44,525 nt of DNA from a virus, in the IMG/VR virus record IMGVR_UViG_3300048074_000119; one strand, written 5' to 3'. The notes under the pieces are model-generated. The model saw only the letters and a program-made list of their open reading frames with translations, was not told the DNA's origin and did no database searches. Below, piece by piece: positions 18,409-27,740 of the stretch. The stretch's first letter is position 1, and each line of letters begins with the position of its first letter. A program made the translations under genes and the position numbers.

Positions 18409-18887
18409 GAGGCCTCCTGCGGTTGGGCCGAGGGGGTCGCCCCGGCGTCTGCCATTCGCTTCCGAGCGCCCGCCATGAGCGCCTCGAACACTTCCGGCTC
18501 GAGCACCTCCTGCGCCTCCGTGATGAAGTGGTGGCGCAGGTCGGCGGCCGCCAAGTGACGCGGGTGGGTGCGTGTGGCCTGGATGGCCTGCGAGAACTCG
18601 CGTTCCATCGCGAGCTTGACGCCCGCGGTCCGCGACAGAGCGGTCCGGCAGTGCGTGAGCAGGTCGTTGGGTTGCCCCCCCTCGCCCGCCGCAAAGCGAG
18701 CTGAGGCCTTGCTGACGAGCGCGGACAGTCGCTTGGTCGCCCCGGACAGACCTTGGATGTGCGCCTCGAACGCCAAGCGATCGTGGCTCGGCTGCGTGAT
18801 CTGCATCCGATGGAGCTCGTGGAGCGCGGACTCGAGCTGACGAGTCAGAAGCTCCGTGGGCGGCTCGACGACACGCAGGCGGCTCAT
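18390..18887 (-). CDS. Hypothetical protein
   Basis: MSRLRVVEPP..., ATGA overlap with the MTase stop. Confidence 0.6.
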   Translation of the reverse strand: MSRLRVVEPPTELLTRQLESALHELHRMQITQPSHDRLAFEAHIQGLSGATKRLSALVSKASARFAAGEGGQPNDLLTHCRTALSRTAGVKLAMEREFSQAIQATRTHPRHLAAADLRHHFITEAQEVLEPEVFEALMAGARKRMADAGATPSAQPQEASCPTSR

Positions 18888-20776
18888 TGCAGGGCGGCCT
18901 CCTCGGCCGCTGCCCCGGAGATGATCCACTCGGACTCGCGCTCCTCGTCCGCGGAGAGGAAGCGGGCCCAGCCGGGCGCGATGGCGTCGGGCGCGTCCAC
19001 CCAGACGCCGGTGTCCCCGTTGAGGCTCCACGCGCCCGTGGCACCTCCCACGAGGGTGACCAGCATCCGCGTGGCGATGGCCTTGGCGGTGGGGGGCGGC
19101 ACGGCGTTGCCGATGCGTTCGCGCCACGCCGAGGACGACTTGCCGTGGAAGCACAGCGGCTTGCCGTCGACGTGCGAGGGCATACCTTGCAGCATGGCCA
19201 GCTCGTAGGTGGTGAGCGGGCGGTGCCAGCACCCGTCCTCGGCGAGGATGATGGGCACGACCTCGGGGGCGTCCTTCGGGTTCGCCGGAGGAACGAACAC
19301 CTGATGGTCGGGGACCCGAGGGTCGGCCACGGAGTAGGCCCCCTGGCCGGGGTGGGAGCCCGCGGCGACGGTGGGGCTGGGCTCGCGCCAGTGCAGGACC
19401 CCGTAGCCGTGGTCGTAGGCCTTGGAGACGCACAGGATGGGTCGCCCTTCCTCGATCCGAGGGTCGGCGACCGCCGCGGTGGCGTTGTCGATCTTCATGT
19501 GGCCGGTGATCGTGCGCGCGGCCTCGCGCCACCCGAGGAGCCCGTAGGCCCCCGCGCGCGGCTCGCACCCGAGGCGCACGTCGGCGACCGCGAACCGGCC
19601 GGTGCTGATGCCCGCCCGACCAGTGATGGTGTCCGAGGGCTCGTCCCACCCGTTGACGCCGTACACGCCGTTGAAGGCGCCATCGAGCGTGAGGCGGGGG
19701 TCGGCGACGCTGACGGCCCCGCTGCTCGGAGCAGGGGAGGACGTGACCGTGGGGGCAGCCTGATCCCACCCGGTGACCCGGTCGACGTTGCCGAAGGCGT
19801 TGTCCTTCCCGCCGACCAAGAGGTCCCTGCTCGCGCCATCGAACTCGAGCCGCGGGTCGGCGATGTTGTTGACCGCGTTCGAGCCGGAGCCCGCGATGGT
19901 GGCGGCGGGCTCGTTCCAGCTCTCGATGCGGTGTCGACGGTGAAGCGTTCGGCGCGCCTGCCCTTCGGCGAGGACGCCCGGGATGTCCCGCCAGTCGCCC
20001 CCGGCGGGGATGAGCGCGAGGCGCACCCAGTTCAGCCAAGAGATGGTGGGCAGCCGGTGCATCGGCCCCCCTGCGGCGTCCTCGGGCATCGGCAGCTCGC
20101 GGAGCACGGCGCCGCACGGACGGACCTTGAGCTTGGGGGGCTCGTACAGGAGCGCGGGGGCACGCTTCGGGAGGCGAGCGACGAGCAGGTAGCGCTGGCG
20201 GTGCTGGGCCAGAGCCCCGATCTCCCCGCAGTCGTGGAACCCGTCGCTGAACACGTAGCCCTTGGCGCGCAGGACGGAGCGCAGCTCGCGCACCATGTCG
20301 GCGGCGCGCTTGCGCAGGCGGGGGACGTTCTCGAGCAGGATGAGGGCGGGCCCTTCCGACCAGGCCTCGAACATGAGCTTGGTCCAGACGACCGCGAGGC
20401 GGTTCATGTCCTTGTACTTCTTCGTCTTGGCCTTCTCGGCCGAGAGGAGCCCCGACGCGCCCTTGCAGGGCGGGCTCATGAACACGACGTCGGGGGCCTT
20501 GTCCCCGGCGAACGCGCGGAGCATCTTGGCGGTGAGCTTGGGCACCTTGCGGCGGACCCAGTGCGGGGGCGGGGCGTCGCCGACGTAGGCGTTCAGCGAC
20601 GGGCTCTTGGTGAGGTACTCGAAGTCGTGGCACCCCGCGGTGTCACCATCGATGCCACCCACAGAGCGGAAGCTCGCGGTGACCCCGCAGACGGTCACCT
20701 GGGCGTTGAGGAAGCCGAGCGCCCCGGCGCCGAGACCGCAGAAAGGGAACAACGCCGTGAAAACATGGTGGTTCAT
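18884..20776 (-). CDS. C5 DNA cytosine methyltransferase with five W-x-P-x-T...ADPR repeats
   Basis: FCGLGAG (motif I), SPPCKG (IV), ENV (VI), QHRQRY (VIII), RPLT...LQG (IX), IGNAVPP (X). Confidence 0.92.
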   Translation of the reverse strand: MNHHVFTALFPFCGLGAGALGFLNAQVTVCGVTASFRSVGGIDGDTAGCHDFEYLTKSPSLNAYVGDAPPPHWVRRKVPKLTAKMLRAFAGDKAPDVVFMSPPCKGASGLLSAEKAKTKKYKDMNRLAVVWTKLMFEAWSEGPALILLENVPRLRKRAADMVRELRSVLRAKGYVFSDGFHDCGEIGALAQHRQRYLLVARLPKRAPALLYEPPKLKVRPCGAVLRELPMPEDAAGGPMHRLPTISWLNWVRLALIPAGGDWRDIPGVLAEGQARRTLHRRHRIESWNEPAATIAGSGSNAVNNIADPRLEFDGASRDLLVGGKDNAFGNVDRVTGWDQAAPTVTSSPAPSSGAVSVADPRLTLDGAFNGVYGVNGWDEPSDTITGRAGISTGRFAVADVRLGCEPRAGAYGLLGWREAARTITGHMKIDNATAAVADPRIEEGRPILCVSKAYDHGYGVLHWREPSPTVAAGSHPGQGAYSVADPRVPDHQVFVPPANPKDAPEVVPIILAEDGCWHRPLTTYELAMLQGMPSHVDGKPLCFHGKSSSAWRERIGNAVPPPTAKAIATRMLVTLVGGATGAWSLNGDTGVWVDAPDAIAPGWARFLSADEERESEWIISGAAAEEAALQ

Positions 20777-20867
20777 GGTGTCCTTGCAAGGGGCAGCGGC
20801 ATGCCGCCCCGAGGTGGATGTTGAAGGGTGCAGCATGGCCATGTCCGGACCATGCTGCAAGGGCTAT

Positions 20868-21098
20868 TCAGTCCTCGACTTCGCAGCCCTGCTTGACGGC
20901 GGCGTCGGACACGCCGTGCACGACGGAAGCGAAGTGGAGCTTGGCGATGAGCGAGGATGTCATGGACTCGTCGGCGACCACGGGCCATCCGTTGCCGAAC
21001 AGTACCCCCGCGTCCTCGAGCAACTGCTCCTCGCTGCGACAGTGGACCGGCTCGCAGACCTCGATGACCGCGAGGACGGTGATGTACTTCTTGGTCAT
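20868..21098 (-). CDS. Small hypothetical protein
   Basis: MTKKYITVL..., GGAGG SD. Confidence 0.55.
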   Translation of the reverse strand: MTKKYITVLAVIEVCEPVHCRSEEQLLEDAGVLFGNGWPVVADESMTSSLIAKLHFASVVHGVSDAAVKQGCEVED

Positions 21099-21340
21099 CG
21101 GGACCTCCGATCGCGCCGCGCGCGGCGAGCCAAGTCGTGCTTGGCGAGCATGAAGCCTTGCAGCCACGAGTTGGCTCGCGCGCTGCCTGGCACGTAGTCA
21201 CAGGCGTCCTTCGTGGCCCCGTCGACTGCAGCCCGGTACCCCTTGAGCAGGTGCGCGAGATGCCGATAGTTGGAATCGTCGCCGACCGTGGGGTCGTGCC
21301 CGAGCATGAGGTCGATCTGGGTCTTGGTCAGGTGCGACAT
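21095..21340 (-). CDS. Rmf/CrpP-fold-like small protein
   Basis: GYRAAVDGATKDACDYVPGSARANSWLQGF resembles the RMF pattern GYxAGxxGxxxxxCPY...WLxGW. Confidence 0.55.
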   Translation of the reverse strand: MSHLTKTQIDLMLGHDPTVGDDSNYRHLAHLLKGYRAAVDGATKDACDYVPGSARANSWLQGFMLAKHDLARRARRDRRSR

Positions 21341-21528
21341 CAGGCCTCCGCGCTCTTGACGAGCTCAAGGTGCACGATGTCGGTCAGTTCTTGGACGATC
21401 TCCGCCCGGATCTCGTCGTCGATCTCGTCCCATGTCTGCCGGTAGCCGCGACGATCGTGCAGGTTGTCGAGGACACCATCGACGATCCTCTTGGCTAAGG
21501 TTCGTCGTCGAAGAGGCTCGGTCGACAT
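21340..21528 (-). CDS. Small hypothetical protein
   Basis: MSTEPLRRR...; TGATG coupling. Confidence 0.6.
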   Translation of the reverse strand: MSTEPLRRRTLAKRIVDGVLDNLHDRRGYRQTWDEIDDEIRAEIVQELTDIVHLELVKSAEA

Positions 21529-21764
21529 CAGTTCTTCCTGATCGTCTCGACGAAGGCCGCGATCCCGTCGGCGAGCTTGGCTTCGTCGGCGCCCTCTTTG
21601 AGCAACCGGTGGCCCTCGGCGGACACCTTGGACATGTCCATGATGTCGATCTGGATGTTGGCGCACCGCTGGCGGTACACCTTGTCGATGAGGGCCTGGG
21701 CGGCATTGTGGGCACGCTTGGCGGCGCGGTCGGAGGTCGTGGCGGTCTTCGTGGTGGTCTTCAT
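21528..21764 (-). CDS. Small hypothetical protein
   Basis: MKTTTKT..., GAAAGGA SD. Confidence 0.6.
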   Translation of the reverse strand: MKTTTKTATTSDRAAKRAHNAAQALIDKVYRQRCANIQIDIMDMSKVSAEGHRLLKEGADEAKLADGIAAFVETIRKN

Positions 21765-21784
21765 GGCGAACGGTTCCTTTCGGG

Positions 21785-22420
21785 TCAGCGGGTCTTCCAC
21801 CAAGGCGTCCAGCCCTCGAGCATCGCCTTGGACTTGCGGACCTCGGCACCGGAGGCGTCCAAGGCGTTGACGGACGCCATGCGCGCGACGGTGGCGATGG
21901 CGTCGGGGCCGTCCTTGGTCTCGCCGCACCCGACAGCGATGCCGTCTCGGCGGATGTAGACCGCTTGGGCCTTCCCGTCTCGAACGCGGTAGCGGATCTC
22001 GTCCTCCTTGTCGTGCATCGGCACCGGCTTGGAGGGTGCCGCCACCGGACCGCGGCCGTCGACGACGCCCTGGGCGTAGGCCATGGCGAGCGCGAACGAG
22101 GGGCCGTCGATGGACCAGTCGGGCGCGTCGCCTTGCAGGTTGAGGCCGCCGCCGTCATACGGCTGCAAGGCGTGGGGCTTGGCCTGGTGCGCGGTGAGGG
22201 TCGAGAGGTAGTAGCGCGAGACAAACTGTCCGCGCAGGTTCTCCCCGACGGGGTCGTGTGGGTACCGACCGTCGTAGAACTCGACCATCGGCTCGTCCTC
22301 GTTGTGGACGCAGGCATGCTTGCCATCGCGGTAGAGGCCGTAGCCGTCTCCGCGGAAGACGACCCGCACGTGGAACGGGATCCGCTTCCCGTTGGTCTCG
22401 GAGGTGACGGTGAGGGTCAT
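21785..22420 (-). CDS. Hypothetical protein
   Basis: MTLTVTSETNG...PMVEFYDGRY...GQFVSRYY...GLNLQGDAPDW. Confidence 0.7.
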   Translation of the reverse strand: MTLTVTSETNGKRIPFHVRVVFRGDGYGLYRDGKHACVHNEDEPMVEFYDGRYPHDPVGENLRGQFVSRYYLSTLTAHQAKPHALQPYDGGGLNLQGDAPDWSIDGPSFALAMAYAQGVVDGRGPVAAPSKPVPMHDKEDEIRYRVRDGKAQAVYIRRDGIAVGCGETKDGPDAIATVARMASVNALDASGAEVRKSKAMLEGWTPWWKTR

Positions 22421-22683
22421 GCGATCACCCGCTTGCGCAGGTCGCGCACGTTGGCGATGCGCGAGACGACCTTGGCGCGCGCCGCCTCGAACAGCGCGGC
22501 GGACTCCATGTCCTCTTGGTCGACGGCGATGGTGTGACCGCGGCCCGCGCGGCGTGCGTTGCTCTCGAGCGCGAGCACGTGGTCGTGCAGCGCGGCTTGC
22601 AACATGCGGATGTCCGCGGGCGAGAGGAAGACGGCGAGGAGCCGTCGGTTGCGCTTGGTGGACGACGTCTTGGAAGTGGCCAT
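22417..22683 (-). CDS. Small hypothetical protein
   Basis: 88-aa ORF, AAGGAG SD. Confidence 0.65.
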   Translation of the reverse strand: MATSKTSSTKRNRRLLAVFLSPADIRMLQAALHDHVLALESNARRAGRGHTIAVDQEDMESAALFEAARAKVVSRIANVRDLRKRVIA

Positions 22684-22785
22684 GGTGTTCTGCTCCTTGG
22701 CGGCACCGGGTCGGCGCCGCGGTTGGTTTGAATGATTCCGTGCGCTTGCGTCGTGCAGTTGCTACTGAACGCGCAAGTAGCAACT

Positions 22786-23154
22786 TCAGACCCGGCCGAG
22801 GGCCCGGCGGATCTTGATGCCGAGTTCGGGCGAGGCCTTCGCGGTGGCGTCGAGCACGGTCTCCAGCTCCTCCGTCGTGAGGCCGAGGAAGGCCTGCATG
22901 CGGACGTGGATCGCGTTGAACTCGGCCATGGTCGGCCGGAGCATGGGGTGGTCGTTGCTCACGGCGGTGATGTGCAGCAAGTCGGGGCTCCGCCGCCCGT
23001 CGGCGTTCACGCCGATGACCGCAGTGGACCCGTCGGTGAAGCACTCGATGATGTAGTGCGCGTATGGCCGCGACTGCCACCCCTCGGCGCAGCGGACGCA
23101 GACGAAGTGGCGTTCGATGGCGGCGCCGCAGTTGGCGCACTTGCGCGGGCTCAC
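22786..23154 (-). CDS. Hypothetical zinc-ribbon protein
   Basis: GTG start; CANC...CVRC. Confidence 0.6.
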   Translation of the reverse strand: MSPRKCANCGAAIERHFVCVRCAEGWQSRPYAHYIIECFTDGSTAVIGVNADGRRSPDLLHITAVSNDHPMLRPTMAEFNAIHVRMQAFLGLTTEELETVLDATAKASPELGIKIRRALGRV

Positions 23155-23810
23155 GAGCCGCCTCGCTTGACGAGCTTGTGGCGCGTCCCCTTTGGGGTGG
23201 ACCCCGCGTGTGTCACGAGGAGCGTGTCGTCGCTGATCTGTTCGACCTGCGGCGCTATCGCGAGCGAGGGAGCCTCCTTCGGCCATTCCCTCTTCGTGCG
23301 CACCTGCAAGGTGCCGTCTCCGTTGCTGATGGCGCCCTCGTCGACAGGGTTCCGGAGGTTCGGGCGCTTGGAGAACGGATCGGTGGTCTCCTCGACGTAG
23401 ACGATGACCGTCTGGTCGTGGAGGCGGTAGAGCTTGCGCGGATCGATCCACAGGTCCTTGGCGCGATCCTTCGGGGCCAGGAAGATGTCGGGCTTCCCAT
23501 CCCAGCCGGGGAGGCTCCCGAGTTCGCCGACCCCGAGGTCGACGATGTCGCCGACCTTCGGACGTTGCGGGACGATCTTCAGGAAGGCGTCGCCGATGTG
23601 GCCGCTGTCGCGGACCTCGACGACCTCGACGGTGAGCCGCACGCGCTTGCCCTCCAAGCGCTTGAGGAGCGCCTTGTCGTACTTGACGACAGCGGAGCCT
23701 GCCTTGGGGTTGAAGGGCGTGTCCGAGAGATGGATCGAGCCGTAGCGCGAGGTGCGCCGCTCGGTGCCGTCCCACCCGAAGATACCCTTGGCGAGAATCT
23801 GCTTGCTCAT
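23151..23810 (-). CDS. Hypothetical protein
   Basis: MSKQILAKGIFGWDG..., AAGGAG SD. Confidence 0.7.
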   Translation of the reverse strand: MSKQILAKGIFGWDGTERRTSRYGSIHLSDTPFNPKAGSAVVKYDKALLKRLEGKRVRLTVEVVEVRDSGHIGDAFLKIVPQRPKVGDIVDLGVGELGSLPGWDGKPDIFLAPKDRAKDLWIDPRKLYRLHDQTVIVYVEETTDPFSKRPNLRNPVDEGAISNGDGTLQVRTKREWPKEAPSLAIAPQVEQISDDTLLVTHAGSTPKGTRHKLVKRGGS

Positions 23811-23977
23811 GCGGTCTCCTTCGTGGCGGCGCGCCGCCGGTGGGTCTTGAGGGTGAGCGCCTCGGCGGCGTCCGCCTCGGCCTTGAGCGCCGCGAGCCAC
23901 CGCGGGTCGTCGTACGCGATGGACTCGTCCTTGAGCAGGGCGTCGACCTCGAGCCTTGCCTTCTGGAGCGCGGTCAC
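23807..23977 (-). CDS. Small hypothetical protein (56 aa)
   Basis: Manual translation MTALQKARLEVDALL...; overlaps both neighbours by 4 nt. Confidence 0.55.
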   Translation of the reverse strand: MTALQKARLEVDALLKDESIAYDDPRWLAALKAEADAAEALTLKTHRRRAATKETA

Positions 23978-25386
23978 GAGTCCCCCTTCGCCAGCGCCAC
24001 GGGGCGTTCGGCGAGGAGCGCTCGCTCCTCCTCCTCAGGGCTCGTCCCTCCCGGCGTGGCCTCGTTGAGCATGGCGATCGTGTCCTTGACCGAGAGAGGC
24101 CGCGCCTGCCAGCCCTCGCCGGAGCGGACACCGTGGCGCTTGAAAGCCGCGCCGCTGGTCCATTCGTGGATGAGCGCGCGCTGCCGCCACACGTGAGCGA
24201 CCCGTTCGCGAGCCAACGCCACCTCGGCCGGGGTACAGGCCCCCGGCACGGGGACGTGGAAGAGCGGGAAGTGGTGCTGGAAGCGCTGGACCCGAACGAC
24301 GGCCGAGGGCCGGTCGTGCTCGAACGTGGCCACGACGTTCGCCGGGTTGGTCGGGAGCCGCAGCTCGATGTTGTAGCTGGTCATCTCGCCCTGACGCAGC
24401 AGTTGAAACGCGCTCTCGAGCCCCGGGCGGCGAAACTCGTCGAGCTGGTCGAGGAGCAGCACCCCCCGATGGGCCAAGGAGACCTCGCCGAGGCGCATCG
24501 CGCGCGCCGCGAGGTTCCCGACGAGGCCCTGGTCACTGACGGTGTGGTGGGGCGCCCGGAAGGGCCTGGACGAGACCGCACCGTTCTCGAGCCCCATCGC
24601 CGCCGAGTGCACGGAGGTGACCTCGGTCATCTCCTGCACCGAGAGAGGGGGCAGGAGGTGCGTCAGGCGCCGCGCGCAGAAGACACTCATCCGTCCGCTG
24701 AGCAACAGGCCTGCCCCGGAGGCGGCCGCGATCTCGAGCACCCGGAGGGTCCGCGGGCTGATGTGGGCGTGACCGTAGAACGACGAGTCGTCGTCGGGCA
24801 GCGTCATGGGCGGGGGCGGCGGGAACATGAAGCCCTCGGGGATCCCCTCGTGGCGCCGCAGTTCGGTCAGGAGGTCCTGCACCGAGGCGACGTCGAGGAA
24901 CCGAGACCCCGTCGGCTCCGCAGACCAGGCCTCCGCGGCGTTTCCGCGGGGGATGATCCAGAGGGCCCGGAGCGCCGACCCGAGGGGGATGTTGTGCATC
25001 CGGCAGTAGGCGCCGCGGACGGGCTGGATGGCCCCGCTGAGGCTGACCGATCCGAACGAAGCGATCTTCTCGAGGGCCGGTCCGATGCTGGTGGTCGGGT
25101 TGGGGATCTTGCCGAGGTGGGCGAGCACGCCGATCAGGACCGGGAGGTCGAGGCCGTGTCCGCCGCCGTCGGTGGAGAGCGTGGGGATGGAGATCCCGAT
25201 GCGCTCCGGGTCGATCTCCAAGCAGTGGAGGACGGAGCGGATGCGGATGCGCAGCTCCCCGGCCGCGTTCTCCGAGAGGCCGGTGATCTGCATCGCGGGG
25301 CCGTTCTCGGGGGTGAAGATCAGGATGGGGACGAGCTTGGCCTGGATGCCAACGAGCTCGACGCCGTACACACGGGTGGTAGTCAT
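23974..25386 (-). CDS. comM: ComM/YifB Mg-chelatase-like AAA+ homologue with degenerate Walker A/B
   Basis: Lon-like N-terminus (ITGL...RIRS, DLPV.IG.L, G.I.PVRG), RPFRAPHHT, GEVSLAHRGVL; GPPGxGKT replaced by GRMSV; Walker B reads LLLDQ. Confidence 0.8.
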   Translation of the reverse strand: MTTTRVYGVELVGIQAKLVPILIFTPENGPAMQITGLSENAAGELRIRIRSVLHCLEIDPERIGISIPTLSTDGGGHGLDLPVLIGVLAHLGKIPNPTTSIGPALEKIASFGSVSLSGAIQPVRGAYCRMHNIPLGSALRALWIIPRGNAAEAWSAEPTGSRFLDVASVQDLLTELRRHEGIPEGFMFPPPPPMTLPDDDSSFYGHAHISPRTLRVLEIAAASGAGLLLSGRMSVFCARRLTHLLPPLSVQEMTEVTSVHSAAMGLENGAVSSRPFRAPHHTVSDQGLVGNLAARAMRLGEVSLAHRGVLLLDQLDEFRRPGLESAFQLLRQGEMTSYNIELRLPTNPANVVATFEHDRPSAVVRVQRFQHHFPLFHVPVPGACTPAEVALARERVAHVWRQRALIHEWTSGAAFKRHGVRSGEGWQARPLSVKDTIAMLNEATPGGTSPEEEERALLAERPVALAKGDS

Positions 25387-25442
25387 GGTGCTCTTTCTGC
25401 TGCCCTTGCCTGGGCAACGTCAGGGATGGTGGTCGTGGTCGG

Positions 25443-25781
25443 TCACAGTTGAGCGAGGAGCGCCTCCAAGGTGGGGCGTAGGGTCGTGTCCTCCGCGAGG
25501 TACTCGTCGGGGTCTTCGTCGAGGTAGAACGTGGCGGCGTCCCGGGCGAGGTCTCGGACGGCTTCGGGCAGCACGCTGGGTGCCTTCATGCCGTTGCACC
25601 AGTCGATCGCCTCTCGGCACGTGGCGATGGCCTCGACCGAGGGAGGGTCGTCGGCGCCAGGGTCCATGACGAACCCGTTGGACCGGTAGTGGGAGTCGGC
25701 GAGGCGCCAGTACATGTAGCTGTCCAAGGCCTCCGCGAGGGCGGGGGCATCGTTCGTGGTCAGGGTGATGGGCTTGGGCAT
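25443..25781 (-). CDS. Hypothetical protein
   Basis: MPKPITLTT..., AGGAGG SD. Confidence 0.65.
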   Translation of the reverse strand: MPKPITLTTNDAPALAEALDSYMYWRLADSHYRSNGFVMDPGADDPPSVEAIATCREAIDWCNGMKAPSVLPEAVRDLARDAATFYLDEDPDEYLAEDTTLRPTLEALLAQL

Positions 25782-25789
25782 GAGGCCTC

Positions 25790-26449
25790 CTAGTTGCACA
25801 GCTGCTTCTTGGTGGTGGTCGTGATCACGCACGACCCGGTGCAAGAGGCCACCCACTTGCCCGTGCTTCCGCACGGAGGGACGACGCCATCCAGCCACCC
25901 GGCCGAGCTGGGGGTGAGCGAACAGGAGCCGCTGCAGCTGACGAGAGACGAGACCCAGAGGTCCGCCTTGCCGTTGCAGTTGTAGTCCCAAGACGACCCG
26001 CCCCCGACGATGGTGTACGGGCTCGAGAAGACGGCGGTCTGCCCCACGAACACGTCCTTGTTGCCATCGTGGCAGTCGGTGCCACCGCAGCGGATGTCGG
26101 TCTGCCCGTCGCCGTCGAGGTCGGGGCAGGGGCCGTCGGGCACGTCGGCGCCGGAATCGATCGGCGGCACGCCAGTGTCGGGCGTTCCCGTGTCGAGCGT
26201 CCCGGTGTCGATCCCGGTGTCCGGGGCGATGCCCGTGTCCGGGGCGATCCCGGTGTCGGGCTTGCCGGTGTCGGTCGGGAGGGCGTCGGGCGCGTCGGCG
26301 GCGTCCGCGTCGGCGCTCACGGTGCCGGTGTCGTCGGAGGTCTCTTCGGCGTCGTCGTCGCCGGTGTCGCCCCGCGCGGTGCCCACGTTGAAGTCAGCGC
26401 CGCCGCAACCCACGAGCAGGAGCATGGTCAGGATCATGGTGGTCTTCAT
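25790..26449 (-). CDS. Cys-rich lipoprotein with DTG repeats and a DxDGDG...DC.D metal-binding-type motif
   Basis: Lipobox LVGC; repeated PDTG/IDTG; CPDLDGDG..CGGTDCHD; DYNCNG. Confidence 0.75.
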   Translation of the reverse strand: MKTTMILTMLLLVGCGGADFNVGTARGDTGDDDAEETSDDTGTVSADADAADAPDALPTDTGKPDTGIAPDTGIAPDTGIDTGTLDTGTPDTGVPPIDSGADVPDGPCPDLDGDGQTDIRCGGTDCHDGNKDVFVGQTAVFSSPYTIVGGGSSWDYNCNGKADLWVSSLVSCSGSCSLTPSSAGWLDGVVPPCGSTGKWVASCTGSCVITTTTKKQLCN

Positions 26450-26452
26450 GGG

Positions 26453-27025
26453 TCACTCCTCGGAAGTCAGGAAGGGGCGGGCCTTGTCGGGATCCTCGAC
26501 GTAGATCGCCGAGTACCAGTGGGTGCAGGCCTCACTGTAGAGGCCAACGGAGGTCAGCGCACGTTGGAGGGCTGCCGCGCGTTGGCTCGAGAACTTGTCC
26601 TCGGGCTCGAAGAAGGAGCGGAGGTTGCCGCCGTCGTAGACGACGATGAGCAGGGAGGTGCCCCCGTACTGCTCGCCCCGCTCGCGCCAGCGCTTGGGCG
26701 AGTAGAAGCTGGTGCAGCCGCCCGTCCAGAACTTGGAGACGGGATCCGTGTGGGAGGCCATCTGCTCGATGATGGTGCGCCAGGCGAGCTTGCCGAGCGG
26801 ATCGAGGTCGGTGGGCATCGCGCTGGTGGTCTCGGCCATGTCGCGCACGAGCGACAGGTGGCGCTTCAGGACGCCCCACTCGCGATCGTTCTCGTCGAGC
26901 ATCTCGCGGAGGCTCTTGACGGTGGTGTTCATCTCCTCCGCGACGTCGGCCAGCAGGCCGCTGCCGCGCGGCAACGAGGCGCGCAGCGTGGAGACGAACC
27001 GGACCAGATCCTTGCGCGCGTTCAT
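26453..27025 (-). CDS. Hypothetical protein
   Basis: MNARKDLVRF..., ATGA overlap. Confidence 0.65.
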   Translation of the reverse strand: MNARKDLVRFVSTLRASLPRGSGLLADVAEEMNTTVKSLREMLDENDREWGVLKRHLSLVRDMAETTSAMPTDLDPLGKLAWRTIIEQMASHTDPVSKFWTGGCTSFYSPKRWRERGEQYGGTSLLIVVYDGGNLRSFFEPEDKFSSQRAAALQRALTSVGLYSEACTHWYSAIYVEDPDKARPFLTSEE

Positions 27026-27441
27026 GACCGACCCCCGAGGCGGAAGGTGGGGTGCGTGTCGAACGCTTCGCCGAGGGGCGACGACGTGGAGAACGTGAGC
27101 CCGAGCGGCCACGGATCGTCCACGGCGAACGTGACCTTGACCGCGGTCCGCGGCTGGGCCTCGTCGCCGAGGAGTGCAAAAGCGTCTTGGACGCACTGGG
27201 CCTTCAGCGTCTCGATGCGCTTGGCGCGCCGGTCGCTGGCCCACGACCGCTGGCCCACGACGAGGTCGGCCAACGTCTGGCCGTTGCGGTGGATCCGCAT
27301 GATGATCTCGGCGACCTGCTGGGCCTGTTCGGCGGCGAGGAAGTCGGCCCGAGCTTCGGGACCAGTCTCGGCCTTGGTGCGGATTCGGGCGACGTAGGCG
27401 GCGAGCGTCGACATGGCGACGCACTGGGCTGCGCTGGGCAT
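27022..27441 (-). CDS. Hypothetical protein
   Basis: MPSAAQCVAM... behind CGCAGAAAGG. Confidence 0.65.
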   Translation of the reverse strand: MPSAAQCVAMSTLAAYVARIRTKAETGPEARADFLAAEQAQQVAEIIMRIHRNGQTLADLVVGQRSWASDRRAKRIETLKAQCVQDAFALLGDEAQPRTAVKVTFAVDDPWPLGLTFSTSSPLGEAFDTHPTFRLGGRS

Positions 27442-27491
27442 GATGTGGCCTTTCTGCGGGGTACGGCCCGCGTCCGATGTGGCAGGAAGTG

Positions 27492-27725
27492 TCAGGAGTT
27501 GAGGAACGCGCGAACCGCCGTGAGGGTGGGGCTGATCCCGCAGGCCTTGGCGGCGCGCTTCATGGCGGGGCCGGTGCTGGCGTTGCCCTTGGCGTACGCA
27601 GGGATCATCTTGGCGACGACCTGCGGCACGCCGTCCACCGTGTAGGCGTAGTCGTCGGGCTTGGTGGTGACGTAGTGGGTCAGCGCCTCGGTGTAGGCGG
27701 CGGCGAATCGTTCGGTGTTGGTCAT
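27492..27725 (-). CDS. Small hypothetical protein
   Basis: 77-aa ORF, GAGGA SD. Confidence 0.7.
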   Translation of the reverse strand: MTNTERFAAAYTEALTHYVTTKPDDYAYTVDGVPQVVAKMIPAYAKGNASTGPAMKRAAKACGISPTLTAVRAFLNS

Positions 27726-27740
27726 GTGGACGGGATCCTC

